The translations under genes were made by a program, and so were the position numbers. DNA of 64,000 nucleotides from Chamaesiphon sp. (GTDB lineage Bacteria > Cyanobacteriota > Cyanobacteriia > Cyanobacteriales > Chamaesiphonaceae): contig CBDFFH010000055.1 in NCBI GenBank assembly GCA_965246715.1, forward strand, positions 1 through 64,000, written 5' to 3'. Below the pieces are notes generated by a model, which ran no database searches, had not been told where the DNA came from, and saw nothing but the letters and a program-made list of their open reading frames with translations. Within the stretch, counting starts at the first letter, position 1. Each line of letters opens with the position of its first letter. Positions 19,696 through 29,860 of the stretch are shown piece after piece.

Positions 19696-20379
19696 GTGTC
19701 TGAAACGCTCATGAACGAACATCGATGTTTTTGCGAACTCGCTCCACTATACGCACTCGATCTGCTCGATCTTGAAGAACGTTTCTGGGTAGAAGCTCAG
19801 GTTTTGGATTGTCCCGATCTCGCCGCAGAACTGGCGAGTTATCAAACTGCTGTGGGTGCGATCCCTTATGGTGCCCCAGTCGTACCGATGGCGGTAGATC
19901 TCAAGGAGCGGTTATTCGATCGGCTTTCGTTTCCTGTAGACAATCGGCTGGATGTAAATACCATGCAAACTAGCACCAATGTTCAGCCAGACAGCGATTT
20001 AGTCGGGCGATCCGACGAGCCAACAATGGTGACAATTAGATCCGCAGATCTACAGTGGCAACCTTACCAGACAGAGGGGGTAGAAGTTGCTGTATTATTC
20101 CTCGATCCCATCAATCGGATGTGCTCTGCCATTGTCAAAGCAGCGGATGGAGTCATCTACCCCATCCATCAACATCAAGGGATTGAAGAAATTTATATGT
20201 TAGAAGGAGAACTGGAAATAAACGGGCAAGTTTACCTGGCTGGGGACTATATTCGATCGTTCCCCAATTCAATTCATCCACCCGCCACTACTAAGGGCTG
20301 TAAGTTTTTGATTCGGGCTTGTATCGACGATAATTATGATGCAAATCTCATCACTTTGTCTCAATCTCCTTTGGAGTAG
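19696..20379 (+). CDS. Anti-sigma factor with C-terminal ChrR-like cupin
   Basis: N-terminal ELAPLYALDLL...CPDLAAEL; cupin YPIHQHQGIEEIYMLEG...GDYIRS...SIH. Confidence 0.85.
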   Translation: MSETLMNEHRCFCELAPLYALDLLDLEERFWVEAQVLDCPDLAAELASYQTAVGAIPYGAPVVPMAVDLKERLFDRLSFPVDNRLDVNTMQTSTNVQPDSDLVGRSDEPTMVTIRSADLQWQPYQTEGVEVAVLFLDPINRMCSAIVKAADGVIYPIHQHQGIEEIYMLEGELEINGQVYLAGDYIRSFPNSIHPPATTKGCKFLIRACIDDNYDANLITLSQSPLE

Positions 20380-20397
20380 TGTGGGGTCAGGGCGAGC

Positions 20398-20415
20398 GGG
20401 TAATGTTCTAGATCT
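20398..20415 (+). repeat. 18-bp direct repeat, right copy (cassette boundary)
   Basis: GGGTAATGTTCTAGATCT, identical to 12500-12517. Confidence 0.9.
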
Positions 20416-20459
20416 ATTAACATCGAGTATTTTTAGAACCTGACAACAACAGCGATTTT

Positions 20460-20879
20460 TCAATCTAATTTGGTAATATTTCCTCTTAAAGCTTTGATTT
20501 CACCTCGCTTAGTTTTAGCTTCAATCCGCCTGCTTTTAGCCCGAAGTGATGGTTTAGTAAGTCTGCGTACTTTAGGAATAGTCGTGACACTTCTAATTAA
20601 AATCTGAAGACGTTTAAGGGCATCTTCTTTATTTTGCTCTTGAGTGCGATGCTGTTGGGCTTTGATGACGATAACACCATCTTTAGTAATCCGCCGATCG
20701 CTTAAATTCAGCAGCCGTTCTTTAAATAATGGAGGTAGGGACGATGCATTAATATCAAACCGCAGATGAATAGCCGTAGCGACTTTATTCACATTTTGAC
20801 CGCCCGCACCTTGCGATCGAACGGCAGCAAGACTAATTTCATCATCTGCAATCGCAGTATTTTTGGTAATTTGCAGCAT
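20460..20879 (-). CDS. arfB: Alternative ribosome-rescue peptidyl-tRNA hydrolase ArfB (YaeJ)
   Basis: RSQGAGGQNVNKV (GGQ motif), RTQEQNKEDALKRL, basic C-terminal tail. Confidence 0.95.
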   Translation of the reverse strand: MLQITKNTAIADDEISLAAVRSQGAGGQNVNKVATAIHLRFDINASSLPPLFKERLLNLSDRRITKDGVIVIKAQQHRTQEQNKEDALKRLQILIRSVTTIPKVRRLTKPSLRAKSRRIEAKTKRGEIKALRGNITKLD

Positions 20880-21021
20880 TGGTCGTGCGATCTCATCTAG
20901 ATATGATTATTCTATCAATTATTAGAAGATTAAAACTAGTGTTAATCTCTTCAGCAAAACTTTTTATGCGATCGATGCTCCTTCCTCTGTATCCTTTGCG
21001 CCGCTGCGGTTGCTTTAAAAA

Positions 21022-24000
21022 ATGTTGAATTCGATCGTTAAGTGGTCGATTAGTCAGCGGTGGCTAGTCGTAATTATTTCCCTAGTTATTTCGATTTGGG
21101 GATTTCGGGTACTCACGCAAATGCCGTTGGATGTCTTCCCAAATTTTGCCCCGCCACAGGTGGAAATTCAAACCGAAGCCCCAGGACTTGCCCCAGAGGA
21201 GGTAGAATCTTTAGTCACCCGCCCGATCGAAAGCGCGATTAATGGCACCCCAGGATTAGCCGCGCTCCGTTCGTCCTCAGCGGTGGGGATTTCTTCTGTC
21301 CGGGCAGTATTTAGCGACAATACCGAGATTTATCGCGCTCGTCAACTCGTGACAGAAAGGCTCCTACAGGCTCGCGGACAGTTGCCCCAAGGGGTAAATC
21401 CGCCCGAAATCGCCCCAGTTACGTCGCCGTTGGGGAATATTATCAAATATGCGTTTACGAGTGAGACAACGCCACTAATGGATGTCTGGCGAATCGTGAA
21501 TTGGCAAGTACGCAATCGACTGCTAGCCGTCCCTGGCGTGAGTAATGTATTTATTTTTGGTGGGGACGAACGCCAGTATCAAATATTAGTAGATCCGAAT
21601 AAGTTAAAAGCTTTTGATGTATCGCTCAATGAGGTGACGAAAGCAGCCACAGCGGCAAATAGTAATGCACCTGGCGGCTTTTTAATTAGTCCCGATACGG
21701 AATTATTAGTACGTGGGATGGGGCGAATCGAATCCATCGAACAACTCCGTCAAGCAGTAATTAAAGCCAAGAATGGTACGCCAATTTTATTAAGTCAGGT
21801 CGCAGATGTCAAAATTGGCGCGGCGATCAAACGTGGGGATGGGAGTTATCAAGGTAAACCCGCGATTATTCTCACGGTGAATAAACAACCTGCTGCGGAT
21901 ACGCCGACGGTGACGAAGGCAGTGGAAGCGGCTTTGGCGGAATTGAAGCGGAGTTTTCCTCAAGATGTGAAGTTGGCGATTACCCTGCGTCAGGATGACT
22001 TTATTGAAGCCTCGATCGAGAATGTCTCTACCGCTCTCCGCGATGGAACAATCATTGTCTCGGCGGTATTGATTGCCTTTTTGATGAATTGGCGGACGGT
22101 GCTGATTAGTCTGAGTGCGCTCCCTGTCTCGCTGCTATTGGGCATCATGGTGCTGAACTGGACGGGGGAAGGTTTGAATACGATGACGCTCGGCGGTTTG
22201 GTGGTAGCGATCGGTTCGGTAGTAGATGATGCGATTGTAGATATGGAGAATGTCTATCGGCGGTTGCGGGAAAATCAATTAGCAGGTACGCCGATTCCCC
22301 CGTTGCAGGTGGTATTTAATGCCTCAGTAGAGGTGCGCGTCAGCGTGCTGTTTGCGACAATTATTATCGGGGTGGTATTCGCGCCGATTTTCGCATTATC
22401 TGGGGTGGAGGGACGGATTTTTACACCGATGGGGGTAGCTTATTTAGTCTCAATTGCTGCTTCTACAATTGTCGCCTTAACTCTCACTCCAGCTCTGTGC
22501 GCCCTACTACTGATCGGGCACAAACTCCCCGATACGGAAACCTGGCTCGAACGCCAAGTGCATCATCTATATCGCCCCGCCCTGCAATTTGCGATTAAAC
22601 TCCCGCAACTAGTCCTATCCTTTGCCCTCGCTGGATTTGTCGCCGCGCTAATTGTGTTGATGAATTTAGGGCAAGTATTCCTCCCCGAATTCCAAGATCG
22701 CGCCCTAATTATCGCCGCTAGTCTCTATCCTGGTCAATCGCTCAATGCTACCACCCAAGTCGGATTGGCGATCGAATCAGCCCTTAAAGATAATCCCAAT
22801 TTCGACACCGCCCAATTTCGCGCCGGACGCGCTCAGGGTGACACAGAAATAGCTGGGGTCAATTTTGGCGAATTGGATGTTCAAATCAGCAAAATCGGCT
22901 TAAAACATCGCGAGGAAAGTATCGCTCAACTCCGCACCGAATTCAATCGGATTCCGGGTGTAGCCGCGAATATTGGCGGGTTTATTTCCCATCGAATGGA
23001 TGAGGTATTATCGGGTGTCAGAAGTGCGATCGCAGTGAAGATTTTTGGGACAGAATTAGACCAATTAAGATCGATCGGTCAACAAGTAGAAGCAGTGATG
23101 CGGGATATCCCTGGACTTGCCGATCTCCAACTCGAACCGCAAGTGCCGATTAAACAAGTCCAGATTAAATTCGATAGATTAGCCGCCGCCAGATATGGAC
23201 TATCGATCGGCGATCTTGCCGAAACGATCGAAACCGCCCTCAATGGTAAAGTCGTCTCGCAAGTGATCGAGCAACAACAAACCTTTAATCTTTTAGTCTG
23301 GCTCCCCGAAACATCCCGCCACGATTTAGACATCATTAAAAACCTCCTCGTTGATGCCCCTAATAATCAAAAAATCCCCCTCGCCCAAGTTGCTAAAGTA
23401 GAATACGGCACGGGTGCAAATACCATCAATCGCGAAAATGTCTCCCGTTTTATCGTTGTCTCAAGCAATGTCTCCGGACGAAATTTAGGTTCGGTAATTA
23501 AAGATATCCGCAGTCAGATTAAAGCAAAAGTCCAATTACCTGACGGATATTTTATCGAATACGGCGGTCAATTTGAAGCCCAAGAAGGTGCAACTAAAAC
23601 TCTGCTATTCTCTGGTGGTTTAGCCTTAGTTACGATCGGGGTATTACTCTACTTCGCAGTCAAATCCATCCCCGCAACCCTGATGATTCTCGTCAACTTA
23701 CCCCTAGCCTTAATCGGTGGGGTAATTGCAGTTGCCCTCACTGGTGGAATCATTTCTGTAGCTTCAATGGTGGGTTTTATTACGCTATTTGGAGTCGCAG
23801 CTCGCAATGGATTACTCCTCGTCGATAATTACAATACTAAATTAGCCGCAGGGCTACCGCTCAAGGAAGTATTAATCGAAGGTTCGATCGAACGTTTAGT
23901 TGCGATCTTGATGACAGCTCTAGCCTCCGCCTTGGGGATGGTACCGCTAGTTATCGGGACTGGTGCGGGGAAAGAAATTCTCCAACCGCTGGCAGTGGTG

Positions 24001-24123
24001 GTGTTGGGTGGTTTATTTACATCTACGGCGTTGACGTTGTTGGTATTACCTGCCATGTACTCATTATTCGATCGGTGGTTAGTCCCGAAACCGACTCAAG
24101 CCAGACTCAAAGATATTCAGTAA
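21022..24123 (+). CDS. CusA/CzcA/NrsA-family heavy-metal RND permease
   Basis: 1033 aa; MPLDVFPNFAPPQVEIQTEAPGL, NTMTLGGL, VDDAIVDMEN, ILMTALA, GKEILQPLA. Confidence 0.95.
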   Translation: MLNSIVKWSISQRWLVVIISLVISIWGFRVLTQMPLDVFPNFAPPQVEIQTEAPGLAPEEVESLVTRPIESAINGTPGLAALRSSSAVGISSVRAVFSDNTEIYRARQLVTERLLQARGQLPQGVNPPEIAPVTSPLGNIIKYAFTSETTPLMDVWRIVNWQVRNRLLAVPGVSNVFIFGGDERQYQILVDPNKLKAFDVSLNEVTKAATAANSNAPGGFLISPDTELLVRGMGRIESIEQLRQAVIKAKNGTPILLSQVADVKIGAAIKRGDGSYQGKPAIILTVNKQPAADTPTVTKAVEAALAELKRSFPQDVKLAITLRQDDFIEASIENVSTALRDGTIIVSAVLIAFLMNWRTVLISLSALPVSLLLGIMVLNWTGEGLNTMTLGGLVVAIGSVVDDAIVDMENVYRRLRENQLAGTPIPPLQVVFNASVEVRVSVLFATIIIGVVFAPIFALSGVEGRIFTPMGVAYLVSIAASTIVALTLTPALCALLLIGHKLPDTETWLERQVHHLYRPALQFAIKLPQLVLSFALAGFVAALIVLMNLGQVFLPEFQDRALIIAASLYPGQSLNATTQVGLAIESALKDNPNFDTAQFRAGRAQGDTEIAGVNFGELDVQISKIGLKHREESIAQLRTEFNRIPGVAANIGGFISHRMDEVLSGVRSAIAVKIFGTELDQLRSIGQQVEAVMRDIPGLADLQLEPQVPIKQVQIKFDRLAAARYGLSIGDLAETIETALNGKVVSQVIEQQQTFNLLVWLPETSRHDLDIIKNLLVDAPNNQKIPLAQVAKVEYGTGANTINRENVSRFIVVSSNVSGRNLGSVIKDIRSQIKAKVQLPDGYFIEYGGQFEAQEGATKTLLFSGGLALVTIGVLLYFAVKSIPATLMILVNLPLALIGGVIAVALTGGIISVASMVGFITLFGVAARNGLLLVDNYNTKLAAGLPLKEVLIEGSIERLVAILMTALASALGMVPLVIGTGAGKEILQPLAVVVLGGLFTSTALTLLVLPAMYSLFDRWLVPKPTQARLKDIQ

Positions 24124-24339
24124 TAGATTGAGTGATATTTGTGCATCGATCGAATAATTAAATCCTGAATGTTTAGATTGACAGTTATAGCTGCAATTCT
24201 AAATCTAAAATCTATCGATCGATGACATTTCGACTCAAGTAAATAAATCCGCTGATTTCGATTACCTCTTGGCTGTGCCAAACTGAAAAAAATCAACGGA
24301 TTTAAATATTGCTAAATTTTATTGATAACAAGAACCGCA

Positions 24340-25554
24340 CTAAACAGGCTGTAACTTGCCATCCTGCCGTCGTCGCAGCCAGAACGCTACCAGAAAAGCA
24401 CTAGCCACAATTCCGGTCATATAGCCCAAACTAATCAACCGCACATATAGCGGTGGGGCAACTCCTTCTACATCAACTGCTTGAGAAACTTTAACCTTTG
24501 TACTTTGCTGTCCACCGACTGCTGCGGGGGTGAATTCCACATTCACCTGATGTCCAGAGCCGTCAAATAGACCCGATTGCCAAGCAAATTTACCGTTAGC
24601 ATCAATCGCACCTTGATAACCAAAAGCCATCCATTTATCTTGTTTTTCAGTATTAATAGTTTGAATACTGACCGTTCCAGCGACAGGTCGCTCGGTTTTG
24701 GCATCAACAGCTTTAATCTGGAAGCTGGCAGGTTTGCCGACGGTTGCATGGTCATCGCCAGTAATCGCTAGCTTAATACCTTGACTGGTAATCGTATTTG
24801 CTGGAATTGACTTTTGGGTGTGTTCTGGACTTGCCCCATGTTCATGGTTCTTCCCCATATGTGACATGGGTGCTGACATTCCAGACTGTGCCATTTCTGC
24901 ACTAACATTGACATACAGCAGCGCAACTATCGCGACTAAGGTAGCACCACTGAGCAGCAATCGCACTGGTTGAGGAGCAAGCTCACCAGCTTTGGTTGCT
25001 CGTTTCGCCCCAATTACCCAACCACCACCTAAACCAGCCGCAGTTAGTACCAGTGCGAGGATCGCAAAATTTTGGTACTTGATTGAATTTTCAGGGACGG
25101 TTAGTGTCATCGTCTGTTGAATGGCTTCGCCCCCAACTACTCCAATCGGGGTGGCGGTGACTTGCAACTGATAGTTACCCCGAATCGGTAGCATCTGTTG
25201 TAATTGGAGTTTGCCCGTGGGTGCATCCGCCTGGATCTCGAATATTTGCGTCCCTTCCACGATCGGAAAATCGGTCGTAAACCACGGGGTGGGAGTAGGA
25301 GCCAGGAGTTTCGCTTTCATCCGCACATTTGCTAATGGCTTACCAGTATTATCGATCGCCTGAAGGGTCAATTTGACTGGCTGCTGTGTTGTTTCTGATT
25401 CCGCTTCGTAGGGGACAACTCGGTCGAGTGACGGCTCGGTAGTTAATTTGACGGTAGCTGGAGCCGATTTTGCTGGTGCATTGAATCCGCCCAGAGCAAT
25501 TAAGCCCATCAAGCAAGAACTGCTGATGAGCGAGGCGATCTTAAATTTTGACAT
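24340..25554 (-). CDS. Unknown membrane protein co-transcribed with cbtB (candidate cobalt-uptake component)
   Basis: Signal peptide, two beta-rich extracytoplasmic domains, three TM segments, His/Met-rich linker MSHMGKNHEHGASPEH; 51 bp downstream of the CbtB-like ORF. Confidence 0.8.
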   Translation of the reverse strand: MSKFKIASLISSSCLMGLIALGGFNAPAKSAPATVKLTTEPSLDRVVPYEAESETTQQPVKLTLQAIDNTGKPLANVRMKAKLLAPTPTPWFTTDFPIVEGTQIFEIQADAPTGKLQLQQMLPIRGNYQLQVTATPIGVVGGEAIQQTMTLTVPENSIKYQNFAILALVLTAAGLGGGWVIGAKRATKAGELAPQPVRLLLSGATLVAIVALLYVNVSAEMAQSGMSAPMSHMGKNHEHGASPEHTQKSIPANTITSQGIKLAITGDDHATVGKPASFQIKAVDAKTERPVAGTVSIQTINTEKQDKWMAFGYQGAIDANGKFAWQSGLFDGSGHQVNVEFTPAAVGGQQSTKVKVSQAVDVEGVAPPLYVRLISLGYMTGIVASAFLVAFWLRRRQDGKLQPV

Positions 25555-25605
25555 ATTTTAATTACAGACTGAATCAACTCAATTTTTTAGGTTTAACACT
25601 CAGTC

Positions 25606-25797
25606 TTAGTGACAACTGACCAACAGGGTATGGTGACGGCTGGAATGCACGCTGTCATGAATTGCTGGACTGGTGGTAAAGTAGACAGTCCACAATGTCA
25701 GCACACAAAGGGATAGATATAGTCCAGATTGAACTGGGGTCGAAAGAGTGAGATCGATTGCTTGTTGGGGCAAGCTTACGGTAGATTTTTGTAACAT
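25606..25797 (-). CDS. cbtB: CbtB-domain small protein (probable cobalt transporter subunit)
   Basis: 63 aa, one TM, His-rich C-terminus AIHDSVHSSRHHTLLVSCH; directly below a cobalamin riboswitch. Confidence 0.8.
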   Translation of the reverse strand: MLQKSTVSLPQQAIDLTLSTPVQSGLYLSLCVLTLWTVYFTTSPAIHDSVHSSRHHTLLVSCH

Positions 25798-25844
25798 GGT
25801 TCTGTTCCTCGCAGAGATTGAATTGTACCGATGTGTGGATGTCG

Positions 25845-25972
25845 AATCAGCAGGTGTTCTGACTTCCTAACTCTAAACTCGCTCGGTTAGGTCACAGTTG
25901 CGGGACAGCGTTGGCTTTCCACCAAACTTTCCCTCTTGCCTCTGATGGCTGATTTCCAGCAGAACTGATTTG
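25845..25972 (-). ncRNA. Cobalamin (B12) riboswitch
   Basis: Minus strand AGGGAAAGTTTGGTGGAAAGCCAACGCTGTCCCGCAACTGTGA ... AAGTCAGAACACCTGC (B12 box) with complementary AATCAG/CTGATT ends. Confidence 0.92.
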
Positions 25973-26070
25973 ATCTCGATCGTTGATGACCGAGCGATTC
26001 ACCGATTATAGCTGAATCATGGTTGATTTCTACAAATTAGGATATTTGAGTACCCAGCATCAGCAGTAGA

Positions 26071-26089
26071 TATTTCATCTTGATTTCAC
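26071..26089 (+). promoter_or_regulatory. Second TTTCAT direct-repeat box
   Basis: TATTTCATCTTGATTTCAC, 17/19 identical to 10492-10510, 62 bp upstream of ATG 26152. Confidence 0.7.
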
Positions 26090-26151
26090 CTAAAGATGAG
26101 ACGATCTTCCCATCTCTACTTCCTTCATATCTGGAGCGATTAAAAAATTAT

Positions 26152-26625
26152 ATGCTTTCAAAAATTACCCCGCTCTATCTCGCTCTTTATGGGTTGCTAA
26201 TCCTGACTGCATGTAGCAAAGACGCAAAAATCGCCAGCACTGTACCAGTTCCAGCCAAAACAGAAACAGCACCTAGCTCACTACCAGCAAAATCAGGCGA
26301 ACATGGTAAATCTCACCGTGGCGGTACGACCATCGAAACGCAAGGTATTCACATGGAAATGGTACCAGAAAAAGCAGCCGACAAGACCCACCTAGATTTA
26401 TACGTCCAAAATGGGGACAATCACGAACCAATTCCCACGGCAAAAGTCGTCGCACAAATTCAAGCTCCAGACGGCAAGCAGCAAAGTTTGAATATGAAAT
26501 ATTCAGCCGACGATAAACATTACACCGGCATCGTAACTGGGAAAACCGCCGGACAATATCAAGTTAAGATTACCGCCGATGTTAGTGGCAAAAAAATTGA
26601 TGGTCGATTTACATTCGATCGATAA
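26152..26625 (+). CDS. His-rich lipoprotein, putative periplasmic metal-binding protein
   Basis: RBS ggag, lipobox LTAC, EHGKSHRGG, HMEMVPE, THLDLY, KHYTG, GRFTFDR. Confidence 0.8.
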   Translation: MLSKITPLYLALYGLLILTACSKDAKIASTVPVPAKTETAPSSLPAKSGEHGKSHRGGTTIETQGIHMEMVPEKAADKTHLDLYVQNGDNHEPIPTAKVVAQIQAPDGKQQSLNMKYSADDKHYTGIVTGKTAGQYQVKITADVSGKKIDGRFTFDR

Positions 26626-26761
26626 GAAAAGAGGAAGTTGATGATTTGCGGTATGATTTCTCCTCGAAACTCTCTGAGTTTCAGGAATCAGCTCTAGAGT
26701 CAATCAGCCCTAAATTTAGCAAAGCCGAAAAGAGATCGATCTCAGTAATACTCGAGCTGAA

Positions 26762-26792
26762 AAAGCATGGGTAAATTTATTACCCATGCTTT
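26762..26792. terminator. Bidirectional intrinsic terminator
   Basis: AAAGCATGGGTAA-ATTTA-TTACCCATGCTTT between convergent genes. Confidence 0.7.
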
Positions 26793-26834
26793 CTAAAAAT
26801 AGAATATCCTAGCAATATTCACTAGCTACTAATC

Positions 26835-28118
<1,284 letters not shown>

Positions 28119-28548
28119 TTACAAAAATTTAAACTTCGATCTCTATCTAAGATTACAGGAAATGTTGAAATTTATCACTCCGTGAGATTCGCTAGAGGGG
28201 GGTGATTCCCGTACTAATACCTAAGTAGGATCTCGGATTTGCAGTTGCAGATTGTCGCTAATTTAGCATTTTGGATGTCTGCACGATTAGCTTTTCATCG
28301 CTTTTTCTCGTTCCCATCGCTAGTAATCTAAATTTACGTAGGTCTATTTTCTGACTGTCAAGTAGAGATTTTTCGTTATCCAACCCAGATATTTAGATCG
28401 AAATCTAGATGAGATGTATTTTTTTATACTTAACTTCCGAGCGGATAAGCTCGTAATAGCATCTTACTTAAATCCACGACCTCAATTGACAATGAATGCT
28501 CTAGCTCGTGCGTGTGATGACGTGTGGTTCGCAAAGCATGAGAGCCGC

Positions 28549-29109
28549 TTACACGGCAACTAATCGCTTTAATCGATCGGCGACTTCATCCATCAACTCT
28601 GGACGTTTTAGGGTTACTGCCAAAATCATGGTGCCCTGCAAAGTTCCGATCGTGTGGACAGCTAAGGTAGTCGCATCAACGCGATCGCCTAATGCTAACT
28701 CGATCCAATCCAGTAGCCGTTTGAAAAATCGTCTCGCCGCGTCCGATACTGCATCTGGCAAATCCTTCGACTCTGCCCCCAACATACAGCCCAAACAAAT
28801 CATCCCGTCATTTTGCACAGCTGCCCGATAGCAATCGCAGAGTCGTTGTAAATGTTCTGCTGTCGTTGCTTGGGTGAGATCGACAGCACCTAACGTCGCT
28901 GCCAATTTATCGCTATAGCGATCGACCACTGCTGCACCCAGTAATGCCTTCTGCGGAAAATGGTAATGCACACTGGCAGCCTTAATCCCCACATCTGTCG
29001 CTAGATCGCGATAGCTCACAGCCTCAAATCTGCCTCGGCGAATCCGGATCTCCGCCGCTTCCAGAATTTCGATCGCTTTTTCTGAATAGTTGGTTGCATC
29101 ATCTTTCAT
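28549..29109 (-). CDS. TetR/AcrR family regulator (NemR-like)
   Basis: SYRDLATDVGIKAASVHYHFP; C-terminal ICLGCMLGAE. Confidence 0.92.
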   Translation of the reverse strand: MKDDATNYSEKAIEILEAAEIRIRRGRFEAVSYRDLATDVGIKAASVHYHFPQKALLGAAVVDRYSDKLAATLGAVDLTQATTAEHLQRLCDCYRAAVQNDGMICLGCMLGAESKDLPDAVSDAARRFFKRLLDWIELALGDRVDATTLAVHTIGTLQGTMILAVTLKRPELMDEVADRLKRLVAV

Positions 29110-29118
29110 ACTTTCAAT

Positions 29119-29190
29119 TATCTAACGTTAGGTAGGGGGTTGACAATTGCCCATGACTTAAGCCAAGATTTACCTAACGAACGTTAGATA
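29119..29190. promoter_or_regulatory. Two related palindromes (putative TetR operators) around a TTGACA
   Basis: TATCTAAC-GTTAGGTA (29119-34) and TACCTAAC-GAAC-GTTAGATA (29171-90); TTGACA at 29140-45. Confidence 0.6.
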
Positions 29191-29220
29191 GACAAAATTC
29201 TTTTAGTTTGGAGAACTGCC

Positions 29221-29835
29221 ATGAAAGTCTACGAATACAAAGCCTTCCCCAACCCTTGGCGAGTCCGCATGGCTCTGGCGGAAAAGGGGTTAACCGATCG
29301 AGTAGAATTTGTCCAAGTCGATCTGCCTCAGGGCGAACACAAACAGCCAGCATTCCTAGCGAAAAATCCAGCGGGTGCTGTGCCCCTACTGGAACTTGAG
29401 AATGGCACCTATATTGCCGAATGTACCGCCATTACTGAGTATTTCGACCATTTGACTGGCGAACCGAGCCTGACAGGTCAGAATGCCACGGAACGTGCCA
29501 CGATCCATATGATGCAGCGACAGGTGGAAGCAAATTTACTGGATGCGATCGCCAATTACTTCCATCATGCCACACCCGGTTTGGGCTTTGAAGTCTATCA
29601 AATTCCCCAATGGGGCGAAAAGCAAAAGGAACAGGCGATCTCGATCCTGAACGACTTAGATCGATTATTGGCGACTCAGCCTTATATTGCAGGCGATCGC
29701 TTTACGGTAGCAGATATTACGGCTTTGGCAGGGATTGCATTTGGGGGCTTTTGTCAAATTACAATTCCAGCAACTGCAACCCATCTGCAAGCTTGGCACG
29801 ATCGAATGCAGCAACGACCGAGTTTTAGTGCCTAA
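29221..29835 (+). CDS. Glutathione S-transferase family protein
   Basis: PNPWRVRMALAEKG, KNPAGAVPLLEL, IAECTAI, YIAGDRFTVADIT. Confidence 0.95.
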   Translation: MKVYEYKAFPNPWRVRMALAEKGLTDRVEFVQVDLPQGEHKQPAFLAKNPAGAVPLLELENGTYIAECTAITEYFDHLTGEPSLTGQNATERATIHMMQRQVEANLLDAIANYFHHATPGLGFEVYQIPQWGEKQKEQAISILNDLDRLLATQPYIAGDRFTVADITALAGIAFGGFCQITIPATATHLQAWHDRMQQRPSFSA

Positions 29836-29860
29836 TTGCCATTGATGTGTAGGGGAGAGA

